Part shown: in pieces, positions 26,843 to 35,764 of the stretch | Layout of the letters: the number at the start of each line of letters is the position of its first letter | Position numbering within the stretch: the first letter of the stretch is position 1 | Assembly: GCA_020344015.1 (NCBI GenBank) | Contig: CP070812.1 | Coordinates: 4,261,489-4,325,488, forward strand | DNA from: Gemmatimonadota bacterium | GTDB lineage: Bacteria; Gemmatimonadota; Gemmatimonadetes; Palauibacterales; KS3-K002 | DNA length: 64,000 nucleotides | Reading direction: 5' to 3' | The notes under the pieces: generated by a model | What the model was told of the DNA's origin: nothing | What the model saw: only the letters and a program-made list of their open reading frames with translations | Database searches by the model: none | Made by a program: the position numbers and the translations under genes

Positions 26843-29074
26843 TCATTTCGCGTGTATCACTATGCTGCCGCCGCCGATCTCCTGGTTGAAGCCGTTGTCG
26901 TAGACGTCGGTCTCAACGCCGGCGGCGTCGTCCTCCTCCCAGATCCGAATCCGGAAGGTGTCCGTGTCTTTGTCACCAGCCCAGATCATGAACTTGTAGT
27001 CGCTCACGCCGTTGATCGTGGCCGATCCCTTTAACAGCGCGTAGTCGCCGCCGGTGCCGGTAACGACCAGCCACTCGTAGTTGATGCTGTGGAGGTTGAG
27101 GCGGGCCAGGTGGAACTGGAACTCCGCCTGGCCGGTCGGTACGTACATGCCCTTCTTGTACTTGGCGACGAAGCCGAAGTTGGCCCTACCCGCCAGCGAC
27201 GGGTCTGGCGCGTACGCTCCTGGGGGCGAGTCGATCCAGCCGCCGCCGGTGACGAAGCCGGCGGTCGGGTCGTAGACGACGACGTACGCGAAGACGGGCG
27301 AGAAGCCCGAGTCGCCGTCGTCGTCGGTCACCGCCAGGCGGATCTTGTACAGCCCCGCCTCGTTATAGGTGTGGCTGTCGGTCACCGAGCCGGAGCCCGC
27401 ACCCTGGGTCACGGTTCCTGCCTCGCCGATTCCGGCGGGCCAGTCCCAAACCCATTCGGCCGTGTGGGTGTCCAGCGTACCAGGATCGGTGAAACCGGCC
27501 GATACGGTGATCGGCGTGCCCACCGAGACAAGGGTTAGCGGCGCAGCGATCGTGCCCACCGTCGGGGCGACGTTGCTGATGGTCGCGGCCGCGGTGGCCG
27601 AGTTTGACTGGCCGTCGTCGTCGGTCACTGTCAGCGTGACCATGTATACACCGTCGTCCGCATAGGAATGTTCCGGGGTCGCGCCGCTGCCCGTTTCGCC
27701 ATCGCCAAAATCCCAAAAGAAGCTCACGATGCTGCCGTCGGGATCGGCCGATCCGCTGCCATCGAACATCACGGGCGCGCCCTCATCGCCCGCATAGGGT
27801 CCGCCGGCGTCGGCGACCGGAGGCACAGTTGCCGGGGGCGTAGGCACCACCACCCCGCTCAGCACGACCCGCGCGGTAAGTAGTGATGAGTGGCGGCAGC
27901 AGTCGTCCACATGAGTGATGAGGATAGTGTTCACCTCGCCCCGGACCACGTAGTCCTGTAGATCGGCCGTACCTTCACCGCCCAGGTACACATAGCTGCC
28001 GGGCACGACGAGCCCCTCGGGGTACTGGGAGTTGTAGATCGACACGCGTATCCCGTCGTCCACTCCCGAAGTGACGATTCTGAACTCGGTAAGCCAGGTG
28101 TCCGCCGGAATATCAACGTACGTTCGGAAGTAGGTGAAGTCGCCACCGGTTAGGCAATCACATACGCCACAGACAGTGGAGGGGATCTGGAAGTTTACGA
28201 CTTCGGGATCGGGTGCCGGTCCCCAGCCGGGATCGCCAGGTGACGGTATCGTCGCGTAGTCGTACTCCAGCGGATCCCCGTGTTGTGGCGATTCGAACCC
28301 CCATTGGACGATCCCCTCTCCGTAGTGCATCTCCCACGGCGTTCGGGTGGGCGGTGGGCCAGCCGGTGGGGTGAAGGCGATGTCGTCCATCACCCACCAG
28401 CAGGTATCTCCAACGTTACAAGTCCTCCGGAACACCACCCGGTCGACGGTATCTTCGAAATCGGCCGATAGCCACTGCATGGTCGAGGTCAACGTCAGAT
28501 GACCCGACTCACCGACCTTCGTCGTCCCGTTGTATCCCTCGAACCAGAATTCGTCGGCGTAGATATACTGTGACGGAGGCTTGCCCACCCACGCACCGGC
28601 GAAGGTCACAGGCTGTTCGACGGTAATTTGCTCGCTGTCACGGCCACCGGCGTTGAACAGGAACACCTGACCAGAATGGGGATTCCCGTACGAAACACTG
28701 TTCCAGTGGTAGATACCAAACGTCCCCTGCGCACCAGCCGAAAAGGTGAACCCCAGGTACGGGTTGTGCACGGCCATGGTGTGGTAGCCATCGCCCCAAT
28801 CGGTAAGGTCCTCGAAATCGAGGACTATCGCGCCAGCGGGGACCGAACTTGCACTGACGGCGGCTGCAACCGCTTCCTGCAGCCTTAGAGCTTCCAGCGC
28901 CGCCAGCTCTTCCGGAGTTGTGCCGGTTAGTTCGAAAAAGCTGACCTCGGAGGTCTCAGAGAGGGCCACTCCGCTCGGCGGGCCGGTAAGGTCGCCCAAC
29001 TCATCACGACAGCCCGTCACCAGCAGAATACCGATCAGGCCGATCGACAGAGAACGTGTAAGCGTCTTCTTCAC
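26843..29074 (-). CDS. PKD-domain lipoprotein (two PKD domains)
   Basis: GTG start follows GGAAGGGAAAG. Lipobox is ILLVTGCRD. PKD motifs are WDFGDGETGSGATPEHSYADDGVYMVTLTVTDDDG and HTYNEAGLYKIRLAVTDDDG. Confidence 0.8.
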   Translation of the reverse strand: MKKTLTRSLSIGLIGILLVTGCRDELGDLTGPPSGVALSETSEVSFFELTGTTPEELAALEALRLQEAVAAAVSASSVPAGAIVLDFEDLTDWGDGYHTMAVHNPYLGFTFSAGAQGTFGIYHWNSVSYGNPHSGQVFLFNAGGRDSEQITVEQPVTFAGAWVGKPPSQYIYADEFWFEGYNGTTKVGESGHLTLTSTMQWLSADFEDTVDRVVFRRTCNVGDTCWWVMDDIAFTPPAGPPPTRTPWEMHYGEGIVQWGFESPQHGDPLEYDYATIPSPGDPGWGPAPDPEVVNFQIPSTVCGVCDCLTGGDFTYFRTYVDIPADTWLTEFRIVTSGVDDGIRVSIYNSQYPEGLVVPGSYVYLGGEGTADLQDYVVRGEVNTILITHVDDCCRHSSLLTARVVLSGVVVPTPPATVPPVADAGGPYAGDEGAPVMFDGSGSADPDGSIVSFFWDFGDGETGSGATPEHSYADDGVYMVTLTVTDDDGQSNSATAAATISNVAPTVGTIAAPLTLVSVGTPITVSAGFTDPGTLDTHTAEWVWDWPAGIGEAGTVTQGAGSGSVTDSHTYNEAGLYKIRLAVTDDDGDSGFSPVFAYVVVYDPTAGFVTGGGWIDSPPGAYAPDPSLAGRANFGFVAKYKKGMYVPTGQAEFQFHLARLNLHSINYEWLVVTGTGGDYALLKGSATINGVSDYKFMIWAGDKDTDTFRIRIWEEDDAAGVETDVYDNGFNQEIGGGSIVIHAK

Positions 29075-29401
29075 TGTACTTTCCCTTCCACAGCACGAGT
29101 ACGGACCTCGACAGCCCCCCGCCTGCAACGCGACCGTTGAAGGTGTTTGGCCGCTTTTTTGCCGGCACAGGGACCTCTTGTGAGAACCGCTAATGCTTCA
29201 GAGCGGGAGAACGTTGCGGCCCGTCTGGAGGGAGGGTCCAGAGGCGTCAACCACCGGACGCCATGTTTCTGCAAATAGTACTGAGGCTAGTTACAGGTGC
29301 CGCCACCTGGACTACAGGGTTGTACCCTAGCGCCGACGCAAAGTTCGATGGCAAAACGCGCCTGCGGCCGCACCGGGAGAGCTTCGCCGGCGTGGGTTCG
29401 G

Positions 29402-31696
29402 TCAACGCGGCGGTGGCCGCAAAACGAGCCGGTGGGCCGCGTTCGCCTCCACCGCCTCGCGGGTGAACAAGAGCGGGAAGTAACGGCCCTCAGCCCAGAG
29501 TGGCAGCAGGTCGCCGTAATGAGGGCCACCCGGCTGGCCGGACTGGCCGGGCGTGCTGGTAGCGACGGAGCGGTCCCAGTCGGCGAGGTCGATGATCTCG
29601 CGGAACGAGGCGCCGCTCGAGCGGCCGGCGACGTTCACCGTGGTCCTATCGCCGCTACGCCCCACCGCGGGAAGCTCGAAGGCCGGAATACCCAGCGGAT
29701 GGGGGAACTGTATTTCGTTCATCGGACCCCAGCGCCAGGCCGTCCAATCGGTCCCCTGCTCCGCCTCGAGCCGGCCCACCGCCGCCGCCAGAGCGAGCTC
29801 GACCAGCGAGTCGCGCAGCGCACCCGGCGTCGCTTCCCGCAGCGCGCGACCGTCCAGCGTATCGCGCCAGGCGTGATAGAGCGCTGCGGCCGGGCTATCG
29901 CGATCGATCTCGGCGTCCCATTCCACCAGCATCCGCCGCGCCCGCTCGGTGGCGTCCGTCGTGGCCGTCCACGTCTGAAGAGTCGCGCAAGCTCTGGCCG
30001 CGGCGGATGAGTAGACGTCGAGTTGCAGCCGCTGGTAGTCCTCGACGTCGAAGTCGCCGCCCGCCGACAGCACATCGACGATCCGCAGATATCGCCGCGG
30101 CGAAGCCCAATCGAAACCGAGCGGTGGCTCGTAGCCCTCGGGCATGATGTTGTGGTTCGCCGTGGCGATGAACCCGCGGGCCGGGTTGTACTCGCGTGGC
30201 AGCCGCTCGAGCGGCAGAAAGCCGCGCCACTCGTACTCACCGGTCCCGGGGACCGGCAGCCGCCCGTACCAGCCATCTCTCACCGGAGTCAGGCCCGCCG
30301 CCTGCCAGCCGATGTTCCCGTCGACGTCGGCGTAGATCATGTTCTCCGACGGGACCTTCCAGGCCTTCATCGCCTCGAGGTACTCGTTCCAGTTCCGCGC
30401 CTGGTCGACGCGCAGCGAGCCCAGGTAGCCCGCCGTCCCCGGCTCGGCGAGCACCGAGCGGAAGGCGTAGGCGCGATGGATCACCGTGTCCTCGTAGAGG
30501 ATCGGGCCGTGGCGGCTGAACTTGAGCTCGACGACGCGTGGGTCCTCTCCTTTCACTCGGATCGTGTCGAACTCCACCCGCAGCGGCTCCCAACTACCGT
30601 TCCAGCGCACTTCGTTTCTGTTCTGAGGATTCACCTCCTCGACCACTATGTCCTGCTGGTCGATTCCGACGATCGTCAGCCCCCAGGCGATCCGCTCGTT
30701 GTGGCCGATAGCGACTCCGGGCAAGGCGGGCTCGCCGGATCCGATCACGTTCCAGCCCGGGCCGTTGAGGTGCACCAGGTAGCGCAGCGAGGGGACTATG
30801 ATCGAGCGGTGCGGGTCGTTGGCGAGGATCGGCGCCCCCGTGGCCGTGAGCCGCCCGGCCACGACCCAGTTGTTGCTGCCCGCGTCGCCCCGTCCCGCAG
30901 GGGACGCCGCGGCAGGCGACCGGTAGGGTTCGACGAGCGGCGGCCGGGGCATCCCGGCGTAGGCCGCCCCTATGATCTCGAGCACGGTATCCGGGAGGGC
31001 TCCGACGTCGAGTCCCTCGGGCACCCGGAGCTCCTGCCACGGATCGGGCGCGTCACGCCGGTTCGCCTCCTCGACCCCTACCTGCCCGACCCGCAAGGCG
31101 AGCCGCATCTCGCCGAGGGCGTTGTCGGTCATCGGCAGGCCCGCCATCCGGAGGAGCGGCACCTCAACGGACCAGGGCTCAGGCTGAATCCCGGTCAGCT
31201 TGAACTCGACGGGTGGGTTCTCCCGGCTATGTTCGATGAACGCGTTCACGCCCCTCACGAACGACGTGATGATCCGCTCCCCGTCCGGGTGGTAGCTGGT
31301 CCACTCCGCCTCCATGTCGCCACGGTAGCGTAAGAGCCGCGCCACCCGATCGCGCTCGAACGCCCCCGGCCCAACGATCTCGGCGACCCGCCCCTCGCCG
31401 ACGCGCCGCCACATCTCCAGCTGCCACAGCCGGTCCTGGGCGGCGACGAACCCCTGGGCAAAGAACAGGTCGTCCACCGTCTGCGCGTAGATGTGGGGCA
31501 CGCCCCAGCGGTCGCGCAGGACCTCCACCTCCTGCTCCAGACCGGCGATCGCGATCGTCCCCTCGATCTGAGCCAGGGCCTCCCGGGCCATCTCTTCGAG
31601 ATGCTCTTGATCGACAGGGCCGGGCGTGCAGAAGGAAACCGCCCAGGCGAGGGCGAGGACGGGTAGCGTGTGAGACCATCGTGTGTGTTCAGACAT
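29402..31696 (-). CDS. penicillin acylase family protein (Ntn-hydrolase, peptidase S45)
   Basis: Signal is MSEHTRWSHTLPVLALAWAVS. GSNNWVVAGRLTATGAPILANDPH is the beta-subunit N-terminal Ser nucleophile motif. Start taken at aa 39 of the track ORF. Confidence 0.88.
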   Translation of the reverse strand: MSEHTRWSHTLPVLALAWAVSFCTPGPVDQEHLEEMAREALAQIEGTIAIAGLEQEVEVLRDRWGVPHIYAQTVDDLFFAQGFVAAQDRLWQLEMWRRVGEGRVAEIVGPGAFERDRVARLLRYRGDMEAEWTSYHPDGERIITSFVRGVNAFIEHSRENPPVEFKLTGIQPEPWSVEVPLLRMAGLPMTDNALGEMRLALRVGQVGVEEANRRDAPDPWQELRVPEGLDVGALPDTVLEIIGAAYAGMPRPPLVEPYRSPAAASPAGRGDAGSNNWVVAGRLTATGAPILANDPHRSIIVPSLRYLVHLNGPGWNVIGSGEPALPGVAIGHNERIAWGLTIVGIDQQDIVVEEVNPQNRNEVRWNGSWEPLRVEFDTIRVKGEDPRVVELKFSRHGPILYEDTVIHRAYAFRSVLAEPGTAGYLGSLRVDQARNWNEYLEAMKAWKVPSENMIYADVDGNIGWQAAGLTPVRDGWYGRLPVPGTGEYEWRGFLPLERLPREYNPARGFIATANHNIMPEGYEPPLGFDWASPRRYLRIVDVLSAGGDFDVEDYQRLQLDVYSSAAARACATLQTWTATTDATERARRMLVEWDAEIDRDSPAAALYHAWRDTLDGRALREATPGALRDSLVELALAAAVGRLEAEQGTDWTAWRWGPMNEIQFPHPLGIPAFELPAVGRSGDRTTVNVAGRSSGASFREIIDLADWDRSVATSTPGQSGQPGGPHYGDLLPLWAEGRYFPLLFTREAVEANAAHRLVLRPPPR

Positions 31697-31710
31697 CAGC
31701 GCCCCTGTAG

Positions 31711-31895
31711 CCGGTGGCCGGTAGGTCGGTGGTCGGTAATGGCCAATCGCGGGATGGGAATCGGAAACTACCGGCACACCGGCCCACTGGCCACCGGCTA
31801 CCGTTCGCACCGGCTACCGTTCCCACCGGCCCACCGGCTACAGGCTACCGTTCCCACCGCCTCACCGACCACCGACCACCGCCCACCGGCACCAT
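31711..31895. repeat. structured repeat block in divergent promoter (inverted arms plus 16-bp direct repeats)
   Basis: Left arm CCGGTGGCCGGTAGGTCGGTGGTCGGTA (31711-31738) pairs with right arm CACCGACCACCGACCACCGCCCACCGG (31863-31890). Between them are CACCGGCTACCGTTC(G/C) x2 plus CACCGGCTACAGGCTACCGTTCC with a 16-bp period (31792-31854). The ORF-track ORFs here (TGYRSHRLPF repeats) are artefacts of the repeats. Confidence 0.6.
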
Positions 31896-32054
31896 GGCAC
31901 CTGCAAGACCAACTGGTGTAAGAAGAAGCGGCCGTGCTCGGTGGGCTCAAAGCGGCCGCCGCTCCCCCTCCGGACGGCGTCCTCCAGGCGCTGGAAACCC
32001 TTATTAGAAGCGGGACAAGGTGTAATTGACAGTCCGTGCACGTAGTCCCTAACA

Positions 32055-32768
32055 TTGTGGGCGTACGGCTATACTGACCTTCCCCGCACAGGAGTAGGAC
32101 CACTGGGCGCACAGTCCAACGGTGCAGCGCTCATCGGGCAGTTCTACGCGGAGCGGAACCGGGTGTATCCCCTCCGGGCGCCTGTGATGTCGGTCGGCCG
32201 TGCTAATGCCAACACGCTGAGGATTCGCGATTCGCGGATCGCCGCCCACCACGTCCGCATAGAACGCGATGGTGGCCAGTTCGTCCTCGCGGTGACGGCG
32301 GACGACGCTCCGACCACGCTCAACGGCTCGGAGTTGCGGTCGGGCGACCGCCGGACCCTGACAGAAGGGGACCTGATCGGGCTAGCCGACCTCGTGTTCC
32401 GATTCACCGACGATCACGGGGACGGGGTGCTCGGCCGCTTATGGGTCGTGGCTGGTGTCCACCGGGGCAAGGTGTTCCGTATCGATCGGCCGGACTACGC
32501 GATTGGCCGCGCCACAGACAACGACGTCCAGTTCCCCGATCGTTCCGTGTCCAGGCATCACTGCCGGATCCATAAGAACGACCAGGCCTGGTGGATCGAA
32601 GATCTGGAGAGCACCAACGGTACGATACTGCACGGGGCGCCGCTGCAGGCGCCGGTGCGACTCGAGCATGGAGATGAGATAGCAACCGGGTTCTCGAGAT
32701 TCGTTTTCCAGGACGGAGATCGACCGCTCGTGAGCCTCAGATTGGAGCCTACGCCGCCGTGCAACTGA
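32055..32768 (+). CDS. dual FHA-domain protein
   Basis: Two FHA cores are present: VMSVGRANANTLRIRDSRIAAHHVRIERDGGQFVLAVTADDAPTTLNGSEL and YAIGRATDNDVQFPDRSVSRHHCRIHKNDQAWWIEDLESTNGTILHGAPL. Start is uncertain: TTG at 32055, with AGGAG at 32090. Confidence 0.75.
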   Translation: MWAYGYTDLPRTGVGPLGAQSNGAALIGQFYAERNRVYPLRAPVMSVGRANANTLRIRDSRIAAHHVRIERDGGQFVLAVTADDAPTTLNGSELRSGDRRTLTEGDLIGLADLVFRFTDDHGDGVLGRLWVVAGVHRGKVFRIDRPDYAIGRATDNDVQFPDRSVSRHHCRIHKNDQAWWIEDLESTNGTILHGAPLQAPVRLEHGDEIATGFSRFVFQDGDRPLVSLRLEPTPPCN

Positions 32769-35710
32769 ATCACCGTCTGTACACCGAGCGAGGTCACGCG
32801 AGAGGGCTGATTATCTGGGCCGTCGCCCTCGCGTCCGTCGTCCTCTTCGCCGCGAACGGCTACGCCCAGGCCGTTCCCAAGGCAGCCTACGTGCCCGAGG
32901 GCTCGTTCCAGCTACCCGGTAGAGGGCAGCCCGGCACGCCCGACCAGCCCGTCGCGCTGGCGCTGGGCCACGACCGAACCATTCACATCGCCGACGGCCG
33001 CGGCTTGGTCTTCGTCTTCGACTCGAGCGGCGTCTACCGTCGGAGCTACGGCGACGAACTGGATGAGCCGGTGGCGATCGGGATTACCTCGGAGGGCGAA
33101 TCCTACGTGCTCGATGGCGATCAGAACGGGGTGTACGTGTTCGGTCCCGGCGGCCAATACCTGCGCTTCATCGGAGGCAAGGGCAACAGAGGCGGCCAGC
33201 TGTCCGACCCGGTAGATCTAGCTCTGGGTCCCTGCGGGCAAGTCTACGTCCTCGACGCCGGCAGGAGAGCCGTGCACGTGTTCAGCCGGGACGGCCTCTT
33301 CGTCCGCACGGTCAGCCTGGGGATGGCGCTCACTCAGCCGCTGTCGTTGGCGGTGGGGAACGACGGCCGGATATTCGTCGCCGACGCACGGACCCCGACC
33401 AATATCTTCGCCCTGCCTCCGTTCACCCAGGTACCCTGGGTCGGAGCGACGCCCCGCGGCCTGGCCGGCACCGTGACCTTCCGCGGCGCCGAATTAGAGG
33501 AGCCCGTCGCCACGGCAGTTAACGACCTGGGGAGTGTCGTCGTCCTCGACAAGGAAGCCGGCCGCCTGTACCGGGCCAACGGCGACCAGGTGATCGGACC
33601 CACCGACCTGCTGTACGGCGGCGCGGGTACGGGGCGCGGGTCGTTCCGCGAAGCTGTAGACATCGCCTTCGCAGGCTCCGACGAGCTGCTGATCCTCGAC
33701 CGCAGGCTGCGCAAGGTGGAGAGGATTCGCCTCACAACTGAGGAGGGGTTGCCACCGCGAATCGCGATGGACTTCCCGATCCGGGTCAGCCAGGTGCCGA
33801 CCAGCCTCGCTTCGCAGTTGCTCGACATCGGTTACGCGCCCGACGGTACTCCCCGCTTTCTGGTGGAGACCGAGGACCGGAGCCTCACCATGCACACGGC
33901 AATGGCCCAGCTCCACGAGACGGTCTACGGCGATAGCGTGAACATGTACAGGCCCGACCCTGAGGGCGGGTCGCGCCTGTTCAGCGGCGATATCGGCCGG
34001 GTCGAACAGGCCGCGATCACCGATACCTCGGTCATCGCCGCCGACTCGCGGCGCAATCGCTTCGCCGTCTTCGACCTCGAGAGCGGAGAGCTGACCGGCA
34101 CGTACGGCGACAACTACCAGGACAACCGCAAGCTCAGGGATCCGAAAGGTGTGGGAGTCCTGGCCGATGGCCGCATCGTCATCGCCGATACGGGCAACGA
34201 TCAGGTCAAGATCTTCAGCCCTGACCTGGCGAGCCTCGTTGCCAGCTTCACGTTCAATGATCCGGCGGGCGTAGCGATCGACCCAGACGGCGAGATCTTC
34301 ATCTGGGACGAGAGCGGCGCCCAGGTCGCCCGACTCGACGCCGCCGCGCAGACCTTCGAGCCTCTGCCGGGCGGGTTCCTGCCCGGCCCGGTCGCCGCCA
34401 TCACCTTCGACCAGGCGGGCAATCTCTTCGCCCTCCACCGCGCCACGCACCGAATCACGATCATCACGGCCGGCCTGACGGGAGTGATGATCCAGCTGGG
34501 CGCGGAAGGCGCTTTCGGTAATCCGACGACGCTCAACGTCGATCGCGACGGGAATATCTATATTACCGACGAACGTTCTAAGCGGACCGCGATCTACCGT
34601 TGGGACGTAGTGTTCCCCCCGCTGGCCGGATTCGATGTCGACTTCCAGCCCAACGTGGCGGTGCTGAGCTGGCAGTCGGGTCCTTCAGGCTTCATCCGTG
34701 GGTACGAGATCCAGGGTGCCGACGCGCCGAACGGGCCTTACAGCGGCCTGTTCGTCACGGCCGCGTCGCCATTCCGCATCACCGCCGATAATGTCCCGGA
34801 AAGGCCGCCGCGCTACATCCGGGTGGCCCCCGTCTTCATCACCGGCGTCCGGGGCCGCGCGTCGAATCCGCTGCCGCTAGCCTACTTCGCTGCGAACAGA
34901 GCCTATGCGGACCAGGACTACACCACAGCGCTGCAGGACGTCGCTGAGGCGGACCGACTGATCGAGCGCGGCGTGATCGAGGCCAGCAGCGAGGCCCACG
35001 GGCGGCTGTTGTTCATCGCCACCGCCAGCAGCTACGCCCAAGGCGACTTTCGCACGGCTGTGGATTGGGGACAGAAGGCAGCGCCTCACGTCGACGCGAT
35101 GCCCCGGGAACAGAGGATACAGTTCCACTTCATCGTTGCGGAAACCTTCATGCGGCTCGGCGACCCGCGCTCGGCGAGTCAGCATGTCCTGGCGCTGGTC
35201 GGCCAGGGGCCGCGCCCGGAGTACTACGAAGACCAGTCGGTGGTCGATCAGTCGTTCCGAGTCTATAGGGGCGTCCGCGACGCCGGCTACTCCGAAGACG
35301 CGCTCGAGTACCTGCGCCTCTACTGGCAGTCGATCCCGGAGAGCGTCGAGTACCTGAAGAACCAGTACGCAGACTCGGTGATCGTCTTCTCGACGCGTCA
35401 GGTGCTCGGACCCGGGTTCCAGTTCTGGAGAGAGGCGGACTACGGGCGCGTGGTCGGGTTTTTCGAGAATCTGCTGGCGGAGGGCGGCTTGCACGGCGAG
35501 CAGACGGTGGTCGGGCGGCAGGTGTTGGCGTGCGCCTACTTCGCCTACGGTGATCGCGTCAGAGCCGAGGACACATTCCGCGAGATCTTCGGAATTAGGT
35601 CCGACTTCAACCTCGACCGCGAGATCCCGCGGCTTCTGCAGCTGTATGGTCTGCGGATATACAACCCGGAGACACAGCGTTTCTTCGGGGCTCTGAGACC
35701 CGGGTCGTAG
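32759..35710 (+). CDS. secreted NHL-repeat beta-propeller protein with C-terminal helical domain
   Basis: Signal is LIIWAVALASVVLFAANGYAQA. NHL-type blades recur, e.g. DPVDLALGPCGQVYVLDAGRRAVHVF, DPKGVGVLADGRIVIADTGNDQVKIF and NPTTLNVDRDGNIYITDERSKRTAIY. It overlaps the FHA gene by 10 nt. Confidence 0.8.
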   Translation: MQLNHRLYTERGHARGLIIWAVALASVVLFAANGYAQAVPKAAYVPEGSFQLPGRGQPGTPDQPVALALGHDRTIHIADGRGLVFVFDSSGVYRRSYGDELDEPVAIGITSEGESYVLDGDQNGVYVFGPGGQYLRFIGGKGNRGGQLSDPVDLALGPCGQVYVLDAGRRAVHVFSRDGLFVRTVSLGMALTQPLSLAVGNDGRIFVADARTPTNIFALPPFTQVPWVGATPRGLAGTVTFRGAELEEPVATAVNDLGSVVVLDKEAGRLYRANGDQVIGPTDLLYGGAGTGRGSFREAVDIAFAGSDELLILDRRLRKVERIRLTTEEGLPPRIAMDFPIRVSQVPTSLASQLLDIGYAPDGTPRFLVETEDRSLTMHTAMAQLHETVYGDSVNMYRPDPEGGSRLFSGDIGRVEQAAITDTSVIAADSRRNRFAVFDLESGELTGTYGDNYQDNRKLRDPKGVGVLADGRIVIADTGNDQVKIFSPDLASLVASFTFNDPAGVAIDPDGEIFIWDESGAQVARLDAAAQTFEPLPGGFLPGPVAAITFDQAGNLFALHRATHRITIITAGLTGVMIQLGAEGAFGNPTTLNVDRDGNIYITDERSKRTAIYRWDVVFPPLAGFDVDFQPNVAVLSWQSGPSGFIRGYEIQGADAPNGPYSGLFVTAASPFRITADNVPERPPRYIRVAPVFITGVRGRASNPLPLAYFAANRAYADQDYTTALQDVAEADRLIERGVIEASSEAHGRLLFIATASSYAQGDFRTAVDWGQKAAPHVDAMPREQRIQFHFIVAETFMRLGDPRSASQHVLALVGQGPRPEYYEDQSVVDQSFRVYRGVRDAGYSEDALEYLRLYWQSIPESVEYLKNQYADSVIVFSTRQVLGPGFQFWREADYGRVVGFFENLLAEGGLHGEQTVVGRQVLACAYFAYGDRVRAEDTFREIFGIRSDFNLDREIPRLLQLYGLRIYNPETQRFFGALRPGS

Positions 35711-35764
35711 AAACATGGCAAGGGGGCCACGCTGAAGAAGAAGGACTTATTCCTAGGCCGTCGG

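Noticed and set aside
29297-31333. Long plus-strand ORFs (29297..30010, 30023..31333) antisense to the penicillin acylase gene
   Set aside because: No recognisable domains, and Arg/Pro-rich composition. Explained by GC-rich antisense of a confidently called gene.
31670-32007. ORF-track ORFs 31670..31921 and 31714..32007 with repetitive TGYRSHRLPF peptides
   Set aside because: They are translation artefacts of the 16-bp tandem DNA repeats in the divergent promoter. There is no RBS or start context, and the period is not a multiple of 3.
33494-35716. Minus-strand ORFs (33494..34450, 34877..35716) antisense to the NHL-repeat gene
   Set aside because: Low-complexity, no motifs. The plus strand carries the NHL propeller gene with clear repeats and operon context.
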